Positions 24,447 through 33,890 of a DNA stretch of 37,527 nucleotides are shown here, piece by piece (position 1 is the stretch's first letter; each line of letters starts with the position of its first letter). Source of the stretch: Candidatus Woesearchaeota archaeon (GTDB taxonomy: Archaea; Nanobdellota; Nanobdellia; Pacearchaeales; GW2011-AR1); assembly GCA_964408905.1 (NCBI GenBank), contig CAYPBD010000001.1:1-37527 (forward strand), given 5' to 3'. The position numbers were made by a program, and so were the translations under genes. A model generated the notes under the pieces. That model did no database searches and had not been told where the DNA came from. It worked only from the letters and a program-made list of their open reading frames with translations.

Positions 24447-24656
24447 TCAATCAATAATTTCCAAAATTTTCTTTTTACTTTTCAATCCTCCAATAATCCT
24501 AACTTTTCCCTTAAACATTCTTGTAAAAAACTTTATTATTTCTTCATTAGCTTTATTATCTTGAGGTTGAGCCTTTACATTAACCTTCCAGACTTCCCCT
24601 TTTTCAATAACTTCTGTCTTTGGCTGATTAGTTTTAACTTTTATTTTCAATTTCAT
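24447..24656 (-). CDS. DUF167 / YggU-like small protein
   Basis: KIKVKTNQPKTEVIEK...WKVNVKAQPQDNKANEEIIKFFTRMF..KVRIIGGLKSKKKILEI fits the UPF0235 pattern V.P.A....I......V.V.A.P..GKAN..L..FL......V.I..G..S..K...I. Confidence 0.7.
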   Translation of the reverse strand: MKLKIKVKTNQPKTEVIEKGEVWKVNVKAQPQDNKANEEIIKFFTRMFKGKVRIIGGLKSKKKILEIID

Positions 24657-24709
24657 AAAATAACATCAATAATAAAATTTAAAAGCATTTAGTCTGTATA
24701 AATTTTAAC

Positions 24710-24780
24710 GGTCCATTAGTCTAATGGTAGAACAAGTCGTTTACACCGACTAAACCGAGGTTCGATTCCTCGATGGACCA
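24710..24780 (+). tRNA. tRNA-Val (anticodon UAC)
   Basis: GGTCCAT TA GTCT AATGGTA GAAC A AGTCG TTTACAC CGACT AAAC CGAGG TTCGATT CCTCG ATGGACC A. The acceptor stem is a perfect 7 bp and the anticodon and T stems are perfect 5 bp. There is one C:A mismatch in the D stem. CCA is not encoded. Confidence 0.85.
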
Positions 24781-24830
24781 TATTTTCTGTTTCAAATAAT
24801 TTTTAAATTAAGATTTCTAATAAGATTCAA

Positions 24831-24901
24831 GCGTGGATAGTTTATTGGTAGAATATCTCGTTGCCAACGAGGTGAGCCGGGTTCAATTCCCGGTCCGCGC
24901 A
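24831..24901 (+). tRNA. tRNA-Gly (anticodon GCC)
   Basis: GCGTGGA TA GTTT ATTGGTA GAAT A TCTCG TTGCCAA CGAGG TGAG CCGGG TTCAATT CCCGG TCCGCGC A. This is a complete cloverleaf with a few G:U pairs. Confidence 0.9.
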
Positions 24902-24962
24902 CTTTATTACAATAATTTTTTTAAATATCATCTTCTTAATTAAAATAAAAGAGGAAAATTTT

Positions 24963-25832
24963 ATGCTTTATTACATACCAATTCTCGGAGCAGTGGCATT
25001 AGCAACAGGAACAATTATCCAAAAAAAACTTTTAAGTAAAAAGAAAATAAAAATTGAATTTTACCACACTTTAGAATTCTTGGCAATTGTTATTGCTATG
25101 ATACCTTTTATTTGGTTTTTTTGGCAAGTTGATCCGCAGGCATTATCATTCAAAAATATTTTTATTTTCGGACTTGTAATCATCTTTGCAATAACTGCAA
25201 ATTTTTTTACATTTTATTCAATGAAATGGGAAAAAGTAACCAATCTGGAACCTGCAAAAATATTAGAGCCAATGTTTGTAATCATCCTCGCAATCTTTTT
25301 CAGTTTTTTTATTGATGCAGGATTATATGAAAGAAACCTACACATAATAATTCCTGCATTAATTGCCGGAGTAGCATTGATTTTTTCACATTTAAAAAAA
25401 TATCACTTAAAATTTAATAAATATTTTATTTCAGCAATTCTAGGAAGCTTTTTCTTTGCATTGGAACTTATAATATCTAGATTAATACTTAATTTCTACA
25501 ATCCAATTACTTTTTATTTCATAAGATGTTCTATTATTTTATTAATTAGTTCTATATTATTCAGATCAGAATTAAAAGCAAAAATAAAATCACTTGATAA
25601 AAAATCAATTTTATTGTTTTTAGCTGTAGGCGTTGTTTGGGTAATTTACAGATTAGTAATTTATTGGGGATACATAAACTTAGGAGTTATATTTACAACA
25701 CTCTTAATAATGCTGGGTCCAATATTTATTTATGCATTTGCATGGAAATTCCTAAAAGAAAAACTCAATTGGAAGAATATAATCGCTTCAATAATTATTG
25801 TTGCATGTATAGTTTATGCTATATTAGTATAA
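24963..25832 (+). CDS. EamA/DMT-superfamily transporter
   Basis: 289 aa with about 10 TM helices arranged as two similar halves, as expected for a drug/metabolite transporter. Confidence 0.65.
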   Translation: MLYYIPILGAVALATGTIIQKKLLSKKKIKIEFYHTLEFLAIVIAMIPFIWFFWQVDPQALSFKNIFIFGLVIIFAITANFFTFYSMKWEKVTNLEPAKILEPMFVIILAIFFSFFIDAGLYERNLHIIIPALIAGVALIFSHLKKYHLKFNKYFISAILGSFFFALELIISRLILNFYNPITFYFIRCSIILLISSILFRSELKAKIKSLDKKSILLFLAVGVVWVIYRLVIYWGYINLGVIFTTLLIMLGPIFIYAFAWKFLKEKLNWKNIIASIIIVACIVYAILV

Positions 25833-25834
25833 TA

Positions 25835-27445
25835 TTAATACATCCCACCCATTCCAGCAGGCATTGAAGGCATTTTGCTTCCTCCCTTAGATGAACCAGC
25901 AATTACATCATCAATTCTTAAAATCATTGTCGCAACTTCACTCGCAGAATTTATTGCCTGACTTTTCAAACTATAAGGTTCAATAATTCTTGACTCAAGA
26001 ACATTCTCAATTTTATTTTTAAAAAGATTCAACCCAGCACTTCTCTCACCAGAATCATGTCTTGACTTTAATTCAGTTAAAGCATCTATAGGATCCATTC
26101 CAGCATTTTCTGCAAGAGTTGTAGGAATAAATTCCAATGCAGAAGCAAATTCATCTACAGCAAGTTGTTCTCTACCATTTAAAGTCTGACCAAAACTTCT
26201 AAGTCTTTTTGCTAATTCAACCTCAACAGCACCTCCCCCAGGAACAACTAATCCATTCTTCAAAGAGGCAGCTATATCCCCAAGTGCATCTTTCAAAGAT
26301 CTCTCAATTTCATTAATAACATGTTCTGTCCCTCCATGAATTAAAATTGTTAATGCTTTAGGATTTTGACATCCTGTAACATAAGTTAAACTATCTCCAG
26401 AATGTTTTATCTCTTCAACAATTTGAGCACTTCCCAATTCAGAAGAACTCAATTCACTTAAATTACTAACAATTCTCGCACCAGTTGCTTTAGAAAGTTT
26501 CTCCATATCACTTCGAGCAACTCTCCTGCAAGCATAAATATTTTCTTTAGACAACAAATACTGCGCAAAATCATCAATTCCTTTCTGACAAAAAATAACA
26601 TTCGCACCAGATGATTTCACTTTTTCAATCATTTGTTTTATTGTACTTTCTTCTTGATTAATAAAATTCTGCAATTGTTCAGGTGAAGAAATAGAAATTT
26701 TAGTATCTATCTCAGGGTTCTTCAACTCCAAAGGAAAATCAATTAAAGCAATCTTGGGCTCCCTTACAACAGAAGGCATATCAACTGAAACTTTCTCTTT
26801 ATCTAAAACAACCCCAGAAATTAATTCAGTATCATTAAGTCCCTCACCTTTTGATTTTTCAATCTTAATGTTATTTAAATCAACCTTTCCATTTTCCTGA
26901 ACTTGCATCACTGATTTAACCACAATATTTGCAAATTTCTCTTTAAATCCTTCTGCACCTTTTCCAGTCATAGCAGTCATAGCAATCTGTCTAAGCACAT
27001 CTTCATCCCCAGAAGTAATTCGCAGCGAAATATCTTTAAGGATTTCCTGAGATTTCTCAGCTGCAATTCTATAACCCTTTGTAATAACCGTAGGATGAAT
27101 TTTCATATCAAGCAACTTTTCAGCATTTTCCAAAAGTTTCCCAGCAATCATAACCGCAGTAGTAGTTCCATCACCAACTTCATCTTCCTGTGTCTTAGCA
27201 ATCTCTACCATCATTTTCGCCGCAGGATGCTCAATCTGCATTTCATTAAGAATAGTAACCCCATCATTTGTAACAATAATGTCATTCATAGGAGAAACAA
27301 GCATCTTATCCATCCCCTTTGGTCCAAGTGTTGTCTTAACCATTTCAGAAACCATTCGCGCAGCAAGAATATTATTTCTCTGTGCATCTTTCCCCATAAT
27401 TCTTTGAATATCTTCTGGCATTAGAACAACTGGTTTTTCTGCCAT
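25835..27445 (-). CDS. ths: thermosome subunit (group II chaperonin)
   Basis: [48 protein letters not shown], plus a C-terminal GGM-type tail (PAGMGGMY). Confidence 0.95.
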   Translation of the reverse strand: MAEKPVVLMPEDIQRIMGKDAQRNNILAARMVSEMVKTTLGPKGMDKMLVSPMNDIIVTNDGVTILNEMQIEHPAAKMMVEIAKTQEDEVGDGTTTAVMIAGKLLENAEKLLDMKIHPTVITKGYRIAAEKSQEILKDISLRITSGDEDVLRQIAMTAMTGKGAEGFKEKFANIVVKSVMQVQENGKVDLNNIKIEKSKGEGLNDTELISGVVLDKEKVSVDMPSVVREPKIALIDFPLELKNPEIDTKISISSPEQLQNFINQEESTIKQMIEKVKSSGANVIFCQKGIDDFAQYLLSKENIYACRRVARSDMEKLSKATGARIVSNLSELSSSELGSAQIVEEIKHSGDSLTYVTGCQNPKALTILIHGGTEHVINEIERSLKDALGDIAASLKNGLVVPGGGAVEVELAKRLRSFGQTLNGREQLAVDEFASALEFIPTTLAENAGMDPIDALTELKSRHDSGERSAGLNLFKNKIENVLESRIIEPYSLKSQAINSASEVATMILRIDDVIAGSSKGGSKMPSMPAGMGGMY

Positions 27446-27544
27446 ATTAATTTTTCTTCATCATCATATTTAAAGATTATTGTAATAAAGAAAATACGAC
27501 TTTTAATTAATAAAATTTATAAGTAAAAAGCTCATTATGCAAAT

Positions 27545-28105
27545 ATGAAGCAAATATTAGTTGCAGATGTAATGACAAGAGAACCTGTTACAATTAAGCC
27601 AGAGACAAATTTATTAGAATGTGCAAGAAAAATGGTAAGAAAAAGATTAGGAAGTTTATTAATTGTAAATAAAAAAAGACTTGTAGGATTTATTTCAAAC
27701 AGAGATATTTTATGGGCATTAATTAAAAAATCAAAAGAAGATTTATCAAAAATAAAAGCAATTGATATTTCTCCAAAAAAAATAGCAACAATCAAACCTT
27801 TTGCTACAATTGAAGAAGCTGTAAAGAAAATGAAGAAAGTTAAATTTTACAGGCTTCCAGTAATTAAAGACAAAGAACTTGTAGGAATGGTTACATTAAA
27901 AGATATTTTAAATTTTCATCCAGAATTATATGGAGAATTAAAAGAATCAGAACAAATTAGAGAAGAAGCAAAGAAATTAAAAAGAATAAAAAAAGCAAAA
28001 AAAAGAATCATTCGTGAAGGAATTTGTGAAGAATGTGGCCAGCAGGGTGCTATTTGTAAAATAGATGGGACATTAGTTTGTGAGTCCTGTATGAACTCAA
28101 CATAA
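27545..28105 (+). CDS. CBS-domain pair protein with C-terminal zinc ribbon
   Basis: There are two CBS repeats (VADVMTREPVTIKPETNLLECARKM...GSLLIV...GFISNRDIL, and IATIKPFATIEEAVKKM...RLPVI...GMVTLKDIL). A Lys-rich linker and CEECG...CKIDGTLVCESC follow. Confidence 0.8.
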   Translation: MKQILVADVMTREPVTIKPETNLLECARKMVRKRLGSLLIVNKKRLVGFISNRDILWALIKKSKEDLSKIKAIDISPKKIATIKPFATIEEAVKKMKKVKFYRLPVIKDKELVGMVTLKDILNFHPELYGELKESEQIREEAKKLKRIKKAKKRIIREGICEECGQQGAICKIDGTLVCESCMNST

Positions 28106-28163
28106 ATATTGATTCCGAAGAATATTTAAATAATCTTTCTGTTATTCCATAAAAGAGTATACT

Positions 28164-28667
28164 ATGGCAGAAAAAGAATTAATATTTTCAACAAAGATGA
28201 AATATACTGGAATCTTTTTATTTAAAGATTTCTACCAGTTTTGTTATGACTGGCTTACAGATGAAACAGGATTATTTATTATGGAAGATAAATATATAGA
28301 AAAATTAGAAGGCTCTGCAAAAAATATAGATGTTGGATGGACAGGAACAAAAAAAGTCACAGATTATTTTAAATTTAAAGTTGAGGTCGCTTTTAGAATA
28401 CTTGGATTAAAGAATATAGAAATAAGTAGAGATAACAAAAAAATAAAAACAAATAAAGGAAGCGTAGAGATTAAAGTTAAAGGAACTCTTATAAGAGATT
28501 ATCAGGGAAAATTTGAAAGAAGTTATATTCAAAAATTTTTAAGAAGTATTTATGAAAAATGGGTTATTCCTTCAAGAATCGACCAATTTGAAGACAAATT
28601 AGTTGAAGAATGTGATGAATTTCTAACAGAAGCTAAAGCTTACTTAGATTTAGAAGGAAAAAAGTAA
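28164..28667 (+). CDS. hypothetical protein
   Basis: 167-aa ORF, soluble, with no motif recognised. It is co-oriented with its neighbours. Confidence 0.5.
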   Translation: MAEKELIFSTKMKYTGIFLFKDFYQFCYDWLTDETGLFIMEDKYIEKLEGSAKNIDVGWTGTKKVTDYFKFKVEVAFRILGLKNIEISRDNKKIKTNKGSVEIKVKGTLIRDYQGKFERSYIQKFLRSIYEKWVIPSRIDQFEDKLVEECDEFLTEAKAYLDLEGKK

Positions 28668-28719
28668 ATATACTTAAATTAACAGAAATCTTTAAATAGA
28701 AATTACCTTTTATTTTCAA

Positions 28720-30099
28720 ATGAAAAAGACATTAATCTCAATAATCATAATTTTGTTAATTCTTCCATCAATTTTTGCAATAAATGTTAATATTGAAAAA
28801 CAAAGTTCAAATGAAGTTTTAATCAAAGGAATTAATATGCCTGCTGTTTTTGATATTAAAATAACTAATTTAGGAGAACCAGATAAATTTAAATTTTACA
28901 ATTTAGTAGGATTCATGATAAGTCCTGAAACTATTTCTCTTAATCATGGTGAAACAAAAGAAATAATGTTAAGAATTTTTCCTATAGGAGATTTAAAAAT
29001 TAATGGTCCTTACACTTTCGCATATACAATCAAAGGACAAGATAATTCTGAAATTGATCAACAATTAACAGTAAAAATAATGGATTTAAAAGATTCTTTT
29101 GAAATTGGCGCTGACGAATTTGATTCAAGTACAAGCTCTCTTAATATATATATTAATAATAAAGTAAATTTTGATTTTGACCAAATTAATGCAGAATTCA
29201 CATCACCTTTTTTTAATTTTGAAAAAACTTTTTCATTAGCACCAAATGAGAAAAAAAGTTTTGAGGTGCAATTAAACAAAGAGGATTTCAAAAAATTAAT
29301 GGCAGGATTTTATACTTTAAATGCTAAAATAACTGCAGGAGAAGAAAAAGCAGATGTGGAAGGAACGATAAAATTTGTTGAGAAAAATCTTGTTACAACA
29401 ACAGAAGATGATCTTGGTTTTATTATCACTACTAAAACAATTGAAAAAATTAATGAAGGAAATGTTTTAGAAAAATCACAAACAGTCATTAAAAAAAATA
29501 TCTTATCAAGATTATTTACAAGTTTTAATCTTCAGCCAGACATTGTTGAAAGAAAAGGTTTTATTATTTATTATACATGGAATAAAGAAATCAAACCAGG
29601 AGAAAACCTAAAAATAATTATAAAAACAAACTGGTTATTTCCTTTATTGGTAATATTATTTATTGTTACAATAGTTGCATTAGCAAAACAATATTCCAAA
29701 AAGAATTTGGTTTTAAAGAAAAAAGTTTCTTTTGTAAAAGCTAAAGGTGGGGAATTTGCATTAAAAATTTCAATTATTATAAATGCCAGAAAATATATTG
29801 AAAAAGTAAATATTATAGACAGACTTCCACCATTAGTTAAGATTCATGAAAGATTTGGAGGTGAACATCCTAAAAGAATAAATGAAAAAAGTAAAAGAAT
29901 TGAATGGGGATTTGAAAAATTAGAAGCAGGAGAAAATAGAATACTTTCATACATAATTTATTCTAAGATTGGTGTGCTTGGAAAATTTGCATTACCCACT
30001 GCAACTGCAATATATGAAAAAGAAGGCAAGATTCACGAAACACAATCAAACAGAGCTTTCTTCATGGCAGAACAAGGAAGAAAAGAAATTGATGATTAA
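28720..30099 (+). CDS. secreted/membrane-anchored surface protein (signal peptide, beta-rich ectodomain, one TM helix, C-terminal cytoplasmic domain)
   Basis: The Sec-type signal is MKKTLISIIIILLILPSIFA/INV. A TM helix WLFPLLVILFIVTIVALA lies at about residue 305, followed by about 135 aa. The overall layout resembles archaeal beta-sandwich surface proteins. Confidence 0.6.
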   Translation: MKKTLISIIIILLILPSIFAINVNIEKQSSNEVLIKGINMPAVFDIKITNLGEPDKFKFYNLVGFMISPETISLNHGETKEIMLRIFPIGDLKINGPYTFAYTIKGQDNSEIDQQLTVKIMDLKDSFEIGADEFDSSTSSLNIYINNKVNFDFDQINAEFTSPFFNFEKTFSLAPNEKKSFEVQLNKEDFKKLMAGFYTLNAKITAGEEKADVEGTIKFVEKNLVTTTEDDLGFIITTKTIEKINEGNVLEKSQTVIKKNILSRLFTSFNLQPDIVERKGFIIYYTWNKEIKPGENLKIIIKTNWLFPLLVILFIVTIVALAKQYSKKNLVLKKKVSFVKAKGGEFALKISIIINARKYIEKVNIIDRLPPLVKIHERFGGEHPKRINEKSKRIEWGFEKLEAGENRILSYIIYSKIGVLGKFALPTATAIYEKEGKIHETQSNRAFFMAEQGRKEIDD

Positions 30100-30227
30100 T
30101 TCTGCTAACAATTAATTTTATAAACTTCTTTTTTATTTCTTAAATATGCTTAATATGTCTCAGTATAAAGAATTTGAATTTTTCTTTTAGTTGAGACTTC
30201 GTTCTAATTAAATTTTAATGAGGTCAA

Positions 30228-30419
30228 ATGTCAGATAATAACTATTGCGGATACTATAAGGATAATCTATGTGTAGGACCAGATGGAAAAGTGAGAACTT
30301 GTTCTATTGATTTTGAAAGTATTTATGACAAATATACAAAGACAAACCGTGCAAATATGTGTGGAAGAAAACAGAAATGGGATAATGCAAAGAAAAGTTT
30401 AGAAACAAAAGTCCAATAA
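30228..30419 (+). CDS. small hypothetical protein (4 Cys)
   Basis: 63-aa ORF in an otherwise gene-free stretch upstream of tRNA-Tyr. Support is weak. Confidence 0.3.
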   Translation: MSDNNYCGYYKDNLCVGPDGKVRTCSIDFESIYDKYTKTNRANMCGRKQKWDNAKKSLETKVQ

Positions 30420-30510
30420 TAACTTTTAAAAATATCTTTGAATATCTTTTTTAGAGCCCTCTGCGTCAGATACAAAGTAAATGATGCACTGAGAGTAATA
30501 TAGGCATTAC

Positions 30511-30581
30511 CCCTCCATAGCTTAGTGGTAGAGCCGTCGGCTGTAGACCGACTCGTCCCAGTTCGATTCTGGGTGGGGGGA
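30511..30581 (+). tRNA. tRNA-Tyr (anticodon GUA), archaeal-type C1:G72
   Basis: CCCTCCA TA GCTT AGTGGTA GAGC C GTCGG CTGTAGA CCGAC TCGT CCCAG TTCGATT CTGGG TGGGGGG A. The short variable arm and the C1:G72 first pair are the archaeal/eukaryal Tyr identity features. Confidence 0.9.
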
Positions 30582-30587
30582 TTTTTT
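30582..30587 (+). terminator. oligo-T tract directly after tRNA-Tyr
   Basis: A T6 run immediately 3' of the discriminator base. Archaeal RNA polymerase terminates at oligo-T. Confidence 0.4.
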
Positions 30588-30773
30588 AAAAAATGAAAGG
30601 AATTCTAAAATTAATTCATAAGAAAAAAATTCAATAGAAAGTGCTAATGCAATTTTGAGAGGTTTGGGAAATTTATTATAATTTCATTACTAAACACCAA
30701 ACAATAAATAAATGTCCTTATGAATTAGCGACGGACTTAAAATTGAATAGCGAGAATAAATGGTTGGATTTGA

Positions 30774-31058
30774 TTAATCTTTCCTCTTAATTTTTCTCTC
30801 AAATAAACTATAAATTAAATAAGTTAATAGACAGAGAATTATATAGAGAAGAATAAAAAATTCAATATTATTATAAGCAATTTCAAATGCTGAACATTCA
30901 TGCTCCCAAGTTTCTATGCAAAGCATATCTCCTTTACAATCATGTCTCATAATACAAATTGGATTGCTTAATTCTATTATAATAAGAAAAATAAAGATAA
31001 TCAAAAGAGGAATGACTAAACTAATAATTACTTTCTTTTTTGTGGGTTTGAATTTCAT
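30774..31058 (-). CDS. small membrane protein with Cys-rich loop
   Basis: 94 aa with two TM helices flanking NPICIMRHDCKGDMLCIETWEHECSAF. Confidence 0.45.
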   Translation of the reverse strand: MKFKPTKKKVIISLVIPLLIIFIFLIIIELSNPICIMRHDCKGDMLCIETWEHECSAFEIAYNNIEFFILLYIILCLLTYLIYSLFERKIKRKD

Positions 31059-31200
31059 GATTCATTTAAAGATAAACTACTTAAAAATTTATCTATTAAA
31101 AAGACCAATTAACTTAACAATGTATATCCATAGAAATATTTAAAAACTAATTATCTTATTAAAAATAAAATAAAAAGAGCTGACCTAGCAGTTTAAAAAA

Positions 31201-31278
31201 ATGGAGGACGACTTAATCGCTGAAGAGGATTTTGATTTTCTTGACGAAGACATCGATGATTTAAATCTTGATGACTAA
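31201..31278 (+). CDS. candidate 25-aa hyper-acidic micro-protein
   Basis: Not in the track because it is under 60 aa. ATG 31201 to TAA 31276-31278 encodes MEDDLIAEEDFDFLDEDIDDLNLDD: 15 of 25 residues are acidic and none is basic. It forms a locally GC-richer patch in an AT-rich spacer. Confidence 0.3.
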   Translation: MEDDLIAEEDFDFLDEDIDDLNLDD

Positions 31279-31281
31279 TTT

Positions 31282-32193
31282 TTATTTATTTTTTATTTTT
31301 AATATAATTTTATTATTCTTTTTTTCTAATTCAGTAAGATTATAATCTATGAAAAATTCCAACTCTTCTACATTTATTTGCGAAACCCAAACATTTCCTA
31401 AACTTATTCTTCTTCCATATCCAATTTTCAAACTATCTAAATCAATTTCTTTCACAAATTTATCATCAGCAGAAATTATTATTCTAGATTTTTCAGAACT
31501 TCTTAACCCATTATTTCTAACACTCATATTCACATTGAGATATCTTCCATGCATTACAGCTGAAACATTTTCAAAAACAAGGTCCTCATAACTTGGAAAA
31601 GAATAAAGTTCATCTATTAATTGAAATATATCCTCTCCAATAGTTTGCCCACATTTTGTAATCGGATACATCACATTATTTTGATTCTCTGAGTGACCAA
31701 AACCAAGAGTGTGCAATAATTCATGTATAGCAATATTAGGGGTTTCACATTTAGAATCCCTAATTAATAAAATACTTCCATGAAGGATAACATTAAAATT
31801 TCCTGCCCGAGTTATATTCGTTGGACCACCTTCTCCTGCAATAAATAATCCCTCTTCCATTTTATTTTTACTATCACATGTCACAGAAATTTGTTCATCA
31901 GAATCCACAGGATAAAAATCAAGAATACTTCCTTCTGAAATTATTTCAAAAGCTCTTTCCATATCATTTTCCTTTTGTAAAGGGCAATCATAAATCTGAT
32001 AGGAAATTCTTGAATTAGGATATCTCATATTTTGATAAAATTGCATATTACTTGATTTATTATTTAAATTAAAATTAGAATTTCCTCCACTAACTCCAAA
32101 TTCTATTGTTTTAAATGGAATAAACCAATAAAAAATTAATAATGAACTAACAAGCAAGATAAAAATAAAACTGACAAATATTTTCCACCCCAT
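31282..32193 (-). CDS. membrane-anchored metzincin (matrixin-like) zinc metalloprotease with C-terminal beta-sandwich (CARDB-like) domain
   Basis: N-terminal TM helix. IAIHELLHTLGFGHSENQNNVMYP carries HExxHxxGxxH plus a Met-turn. The C-terminal part NVSAVMHGRYLNVNMSVRNNGLRSSEKSRIIIS... is CARDB-like. Confidence 0.8.
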   Translation of the reverse strand: MGWKIFVSFIFILLVSSLLIFYWFIPFKTIEFGVSGGNSNFNLNNKSSNMQFYQNMRYPNSRISYQIYDCPLQKENDMERAFEIISEGSILDFYPVDSDEQISVTCDSKNKMEEGLFIAGEGGPTNITRAGNFNVILHGSILLIRDSKCETPNIAIHELLHTLGFGHSENQNNVMYPITKCGQTIGEDIFQLIDELYSFPSYEDLVFENVSAVMHGRYLNVNMSVRNNGLRSSEKSRIIISADDKFVKEIDLDSLKIGYGRRISLGNVWVSQINVEELEFFIDYNLTELEKKNNKIILKIKNK

Positions 32194-32265
32194 AATTAAT
32201 ATTTCGCTTCAGATTATATAAAGTTGTTGTTAAAAAAAATAAAAAAAGAAAAAGTTTCAATTAAA

Positions 32266-32433
32266 TTATTCCGCCTTTTCTTCAGAACTTTCAGATTCTT
32301 TAGGCATTTCTTCTGCAGGCTTTTCATTGCCTTCAGGTTTCATTTCTTCTGAAGTTTCTTTAGAAGTTTCCTCAACAGGTGCTTCTTTTGACTCTTCTTC
32401 AGAATTTTGTTGTTTTTCCATTTCGTCTTCCAT
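32266..32433 (-). CDS. candidate 55-aa Glu-rich acidic protein
   Basis: Not in the track because it is under 60 aa. The reverse-strand ATG at 32433 encodes MEDEMEKQQNSEEESKEAPVEETSKETSEEMKPEGNEKPAEEMPKESESSEEKAE, ending at a stop at 32266-32268. It lies 72 nt upstream of, and co-oriented with, the metzincin gene. No obvious SD was seen. Confidence 0.35.
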   Translation of the reverse strand: MEDEMEKQQNSEEESKEAPVEETSKETSEEMKPEGNEKPAEEMPKESESSEEKAE

Positions 32434-32525
32434 ATATACTAAAAGAGAAAATATCTTTTAAAGTTTTTGATATAAAGGATTTCACGAAGGATTTATATAT
32501 TTAGATTTTTATATAATAAAAAGAG

Positions 32526-33851
32526 ATGCCAAAGAAGAATTCAACAAAAAAGATAGTGAAGATTATATTAATCACATTAGTAATAATCTCAGTATTAATA
32601 GGTGGAATTTCAAATTTAATAATTAAATCTAAAACAGAAACTGATGTTTTAGTATTTTATCACTGGTGGACATCTCCAGGAGAACAAGCAGCAATAGATG
32701 CACTTACAGATGTATTCTCAAAAAAATATCCTCAGACAACAGTTATACCAACACCTGTAATAAGCAGAAGTGAAGGAGGTGGAGGACTTACATTATTTGA
32801 ACTTGTTAAACCAATGGTTTTTTCAAAAGAAGCCCCTGATGCTTTTCAAATACATGCAGGTTATGAAACAAAAACTTTTGTGGATGCAAATTTATTAGAA
32901 AATGTAGATTCTATTTGGAGATTAGAAAAATTAATGCAAATAGTACCAAGAGTAGTACAAGCAATGTGCCAATTTAAAGGACATTATTATTCTGTTCCAG
33001 TAGATATTCATAGAACAAATGTTGTTTGGTATAATCAAAAAATTCTTGATAAATATGATATAAAACCCAATGAATTAAATACATGGGATAGTTTTTTTGA
33101 AGCATGTGATAAATTAAAACAAGCAGGAATAAAATACCCAATTCAAATGGGAACTACCTGGACAGCCCAACATGCTTTTGACCAAATTATAGCAAGCATT
33201 GGAATTGATTTTTATGAAGACTGGGTTAATGGAAGAGTAACTTATGCAGATGACCCAAGGCTTTTGGAAGCTTTTTATATATTTGAAAGATATCTAAGTT
33301 ATGTTAATCCTGATAATTTAAATGTAACATGGGACCAAGCAACAAGACGAATAATTTCAGGAGAGGGTGCATTTAATATTATGGGAGATTGGGCAAATGG
33401 AGAATTCAAAGCTTCAGAGCAAGTTTATCATCAAGACTATGGTTCATTTAAAGTTCCTGGAACAGAAGAGATGTATGGATTAGTAATAGATTCTTTCCAG
33501 CGTCCAAAAAATATTCAACATCCAAGAAATTCAGAAAGATGGCTTAAAGTTGTTGCATCAAAAGAAGGACAAGATGCTTTTAACCCCAAAAAAGGTTCTA
33601 TTTCAGCTCGTATTGATATGAACCTATCAAAATATGATGCATATCAGCAATCAGCAATATTGGATTTCTTAAAGATAAAGTATATGTTCCCTGCTGTTTC
33701 TAGTGGACTCCCAAAAGGATTTGAACAAAAAGAACAAGAAGTCATAGGACAATTTGTACAAGATTTAGATGAAGATAAAGCAGCTAAAGCAATTACAGAT
33801 TATACAAAACTCACATTTAGTGATTATACAATAACTTGGGAATTAGACTAA
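32526..33851 (+). CDS. ABC-transporter substrate-binding protein (family 1, sugar-type), membrane anchored
   Basis: N-terminal TM anchor. LVFYHWWTSPGEQAAIDALTDVFSKKYPQTTV, VVWYNQKILDKYDIKPNELNTWDSFFEACDKLKQAGI and MGDWANGEF are typical of sugar SBPs. Confidence 0.75.
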   Translation: MPKKNSTKKIVKIILITLVIISVLIGGISNLIIKSKTETDVLVFYHWWTSPGEQAAIDALTDVFSKKYPQTTVIPTPVISRSEGGGGLTLFELVKPMVFSKEAPDAFQIHAGYETKTFVDANLLENVDSIWRLEKLMQIVPRVVQAMCQFKGHYYSVPVDIHRTNVVWYNQKILDKYDIKPNELNTWDSFFEACDKLKQAGIKYPIQMGTTWTAQHAFDQIIASIGIDFYEDWVNGRVTYADDPRLLEAFYIFERYLSYVNPDNLNVTWDQATRRIISGEGAFNIMGDWANGEFKASEQVYHQDYGSFKVPGTEEMYGLVIDSFQRPKNIQHPRNSERWLKVVASKEGQDAFNPKKGSISARIDMNLSKYDAYQQSAILDFLKIKYMFPAVSSGLPKGFEQKEQEVIGQFVQDLDEDKAAKAITDYTKLTFSDYTITWELD

Positions 33852-33890
33852 TTTCTTAAAATTTATAAATGAAAGAATAAAGCCATCATT

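Noticed and set aside
30478-30495. C/D-box sRNA-like elements (aATGATGc ... CTGA) upstream of tRNA-Tyr
   Set aside because: The C-like and D-like boxes are adjacent, leaving no 10-12 nt guide. There are no C'/D' boxes and no terminal stem, so this is most likely chance.
30511-31200. Integrated element using tRNA-Tyr (or tRNA-His at 5150-5221) as an attachment site
   Set aside because: I found no integrase and no duplicated copy of the tRNA 3' end downstream. The DNA 3' of tRNA-His is the essential hisS gene.
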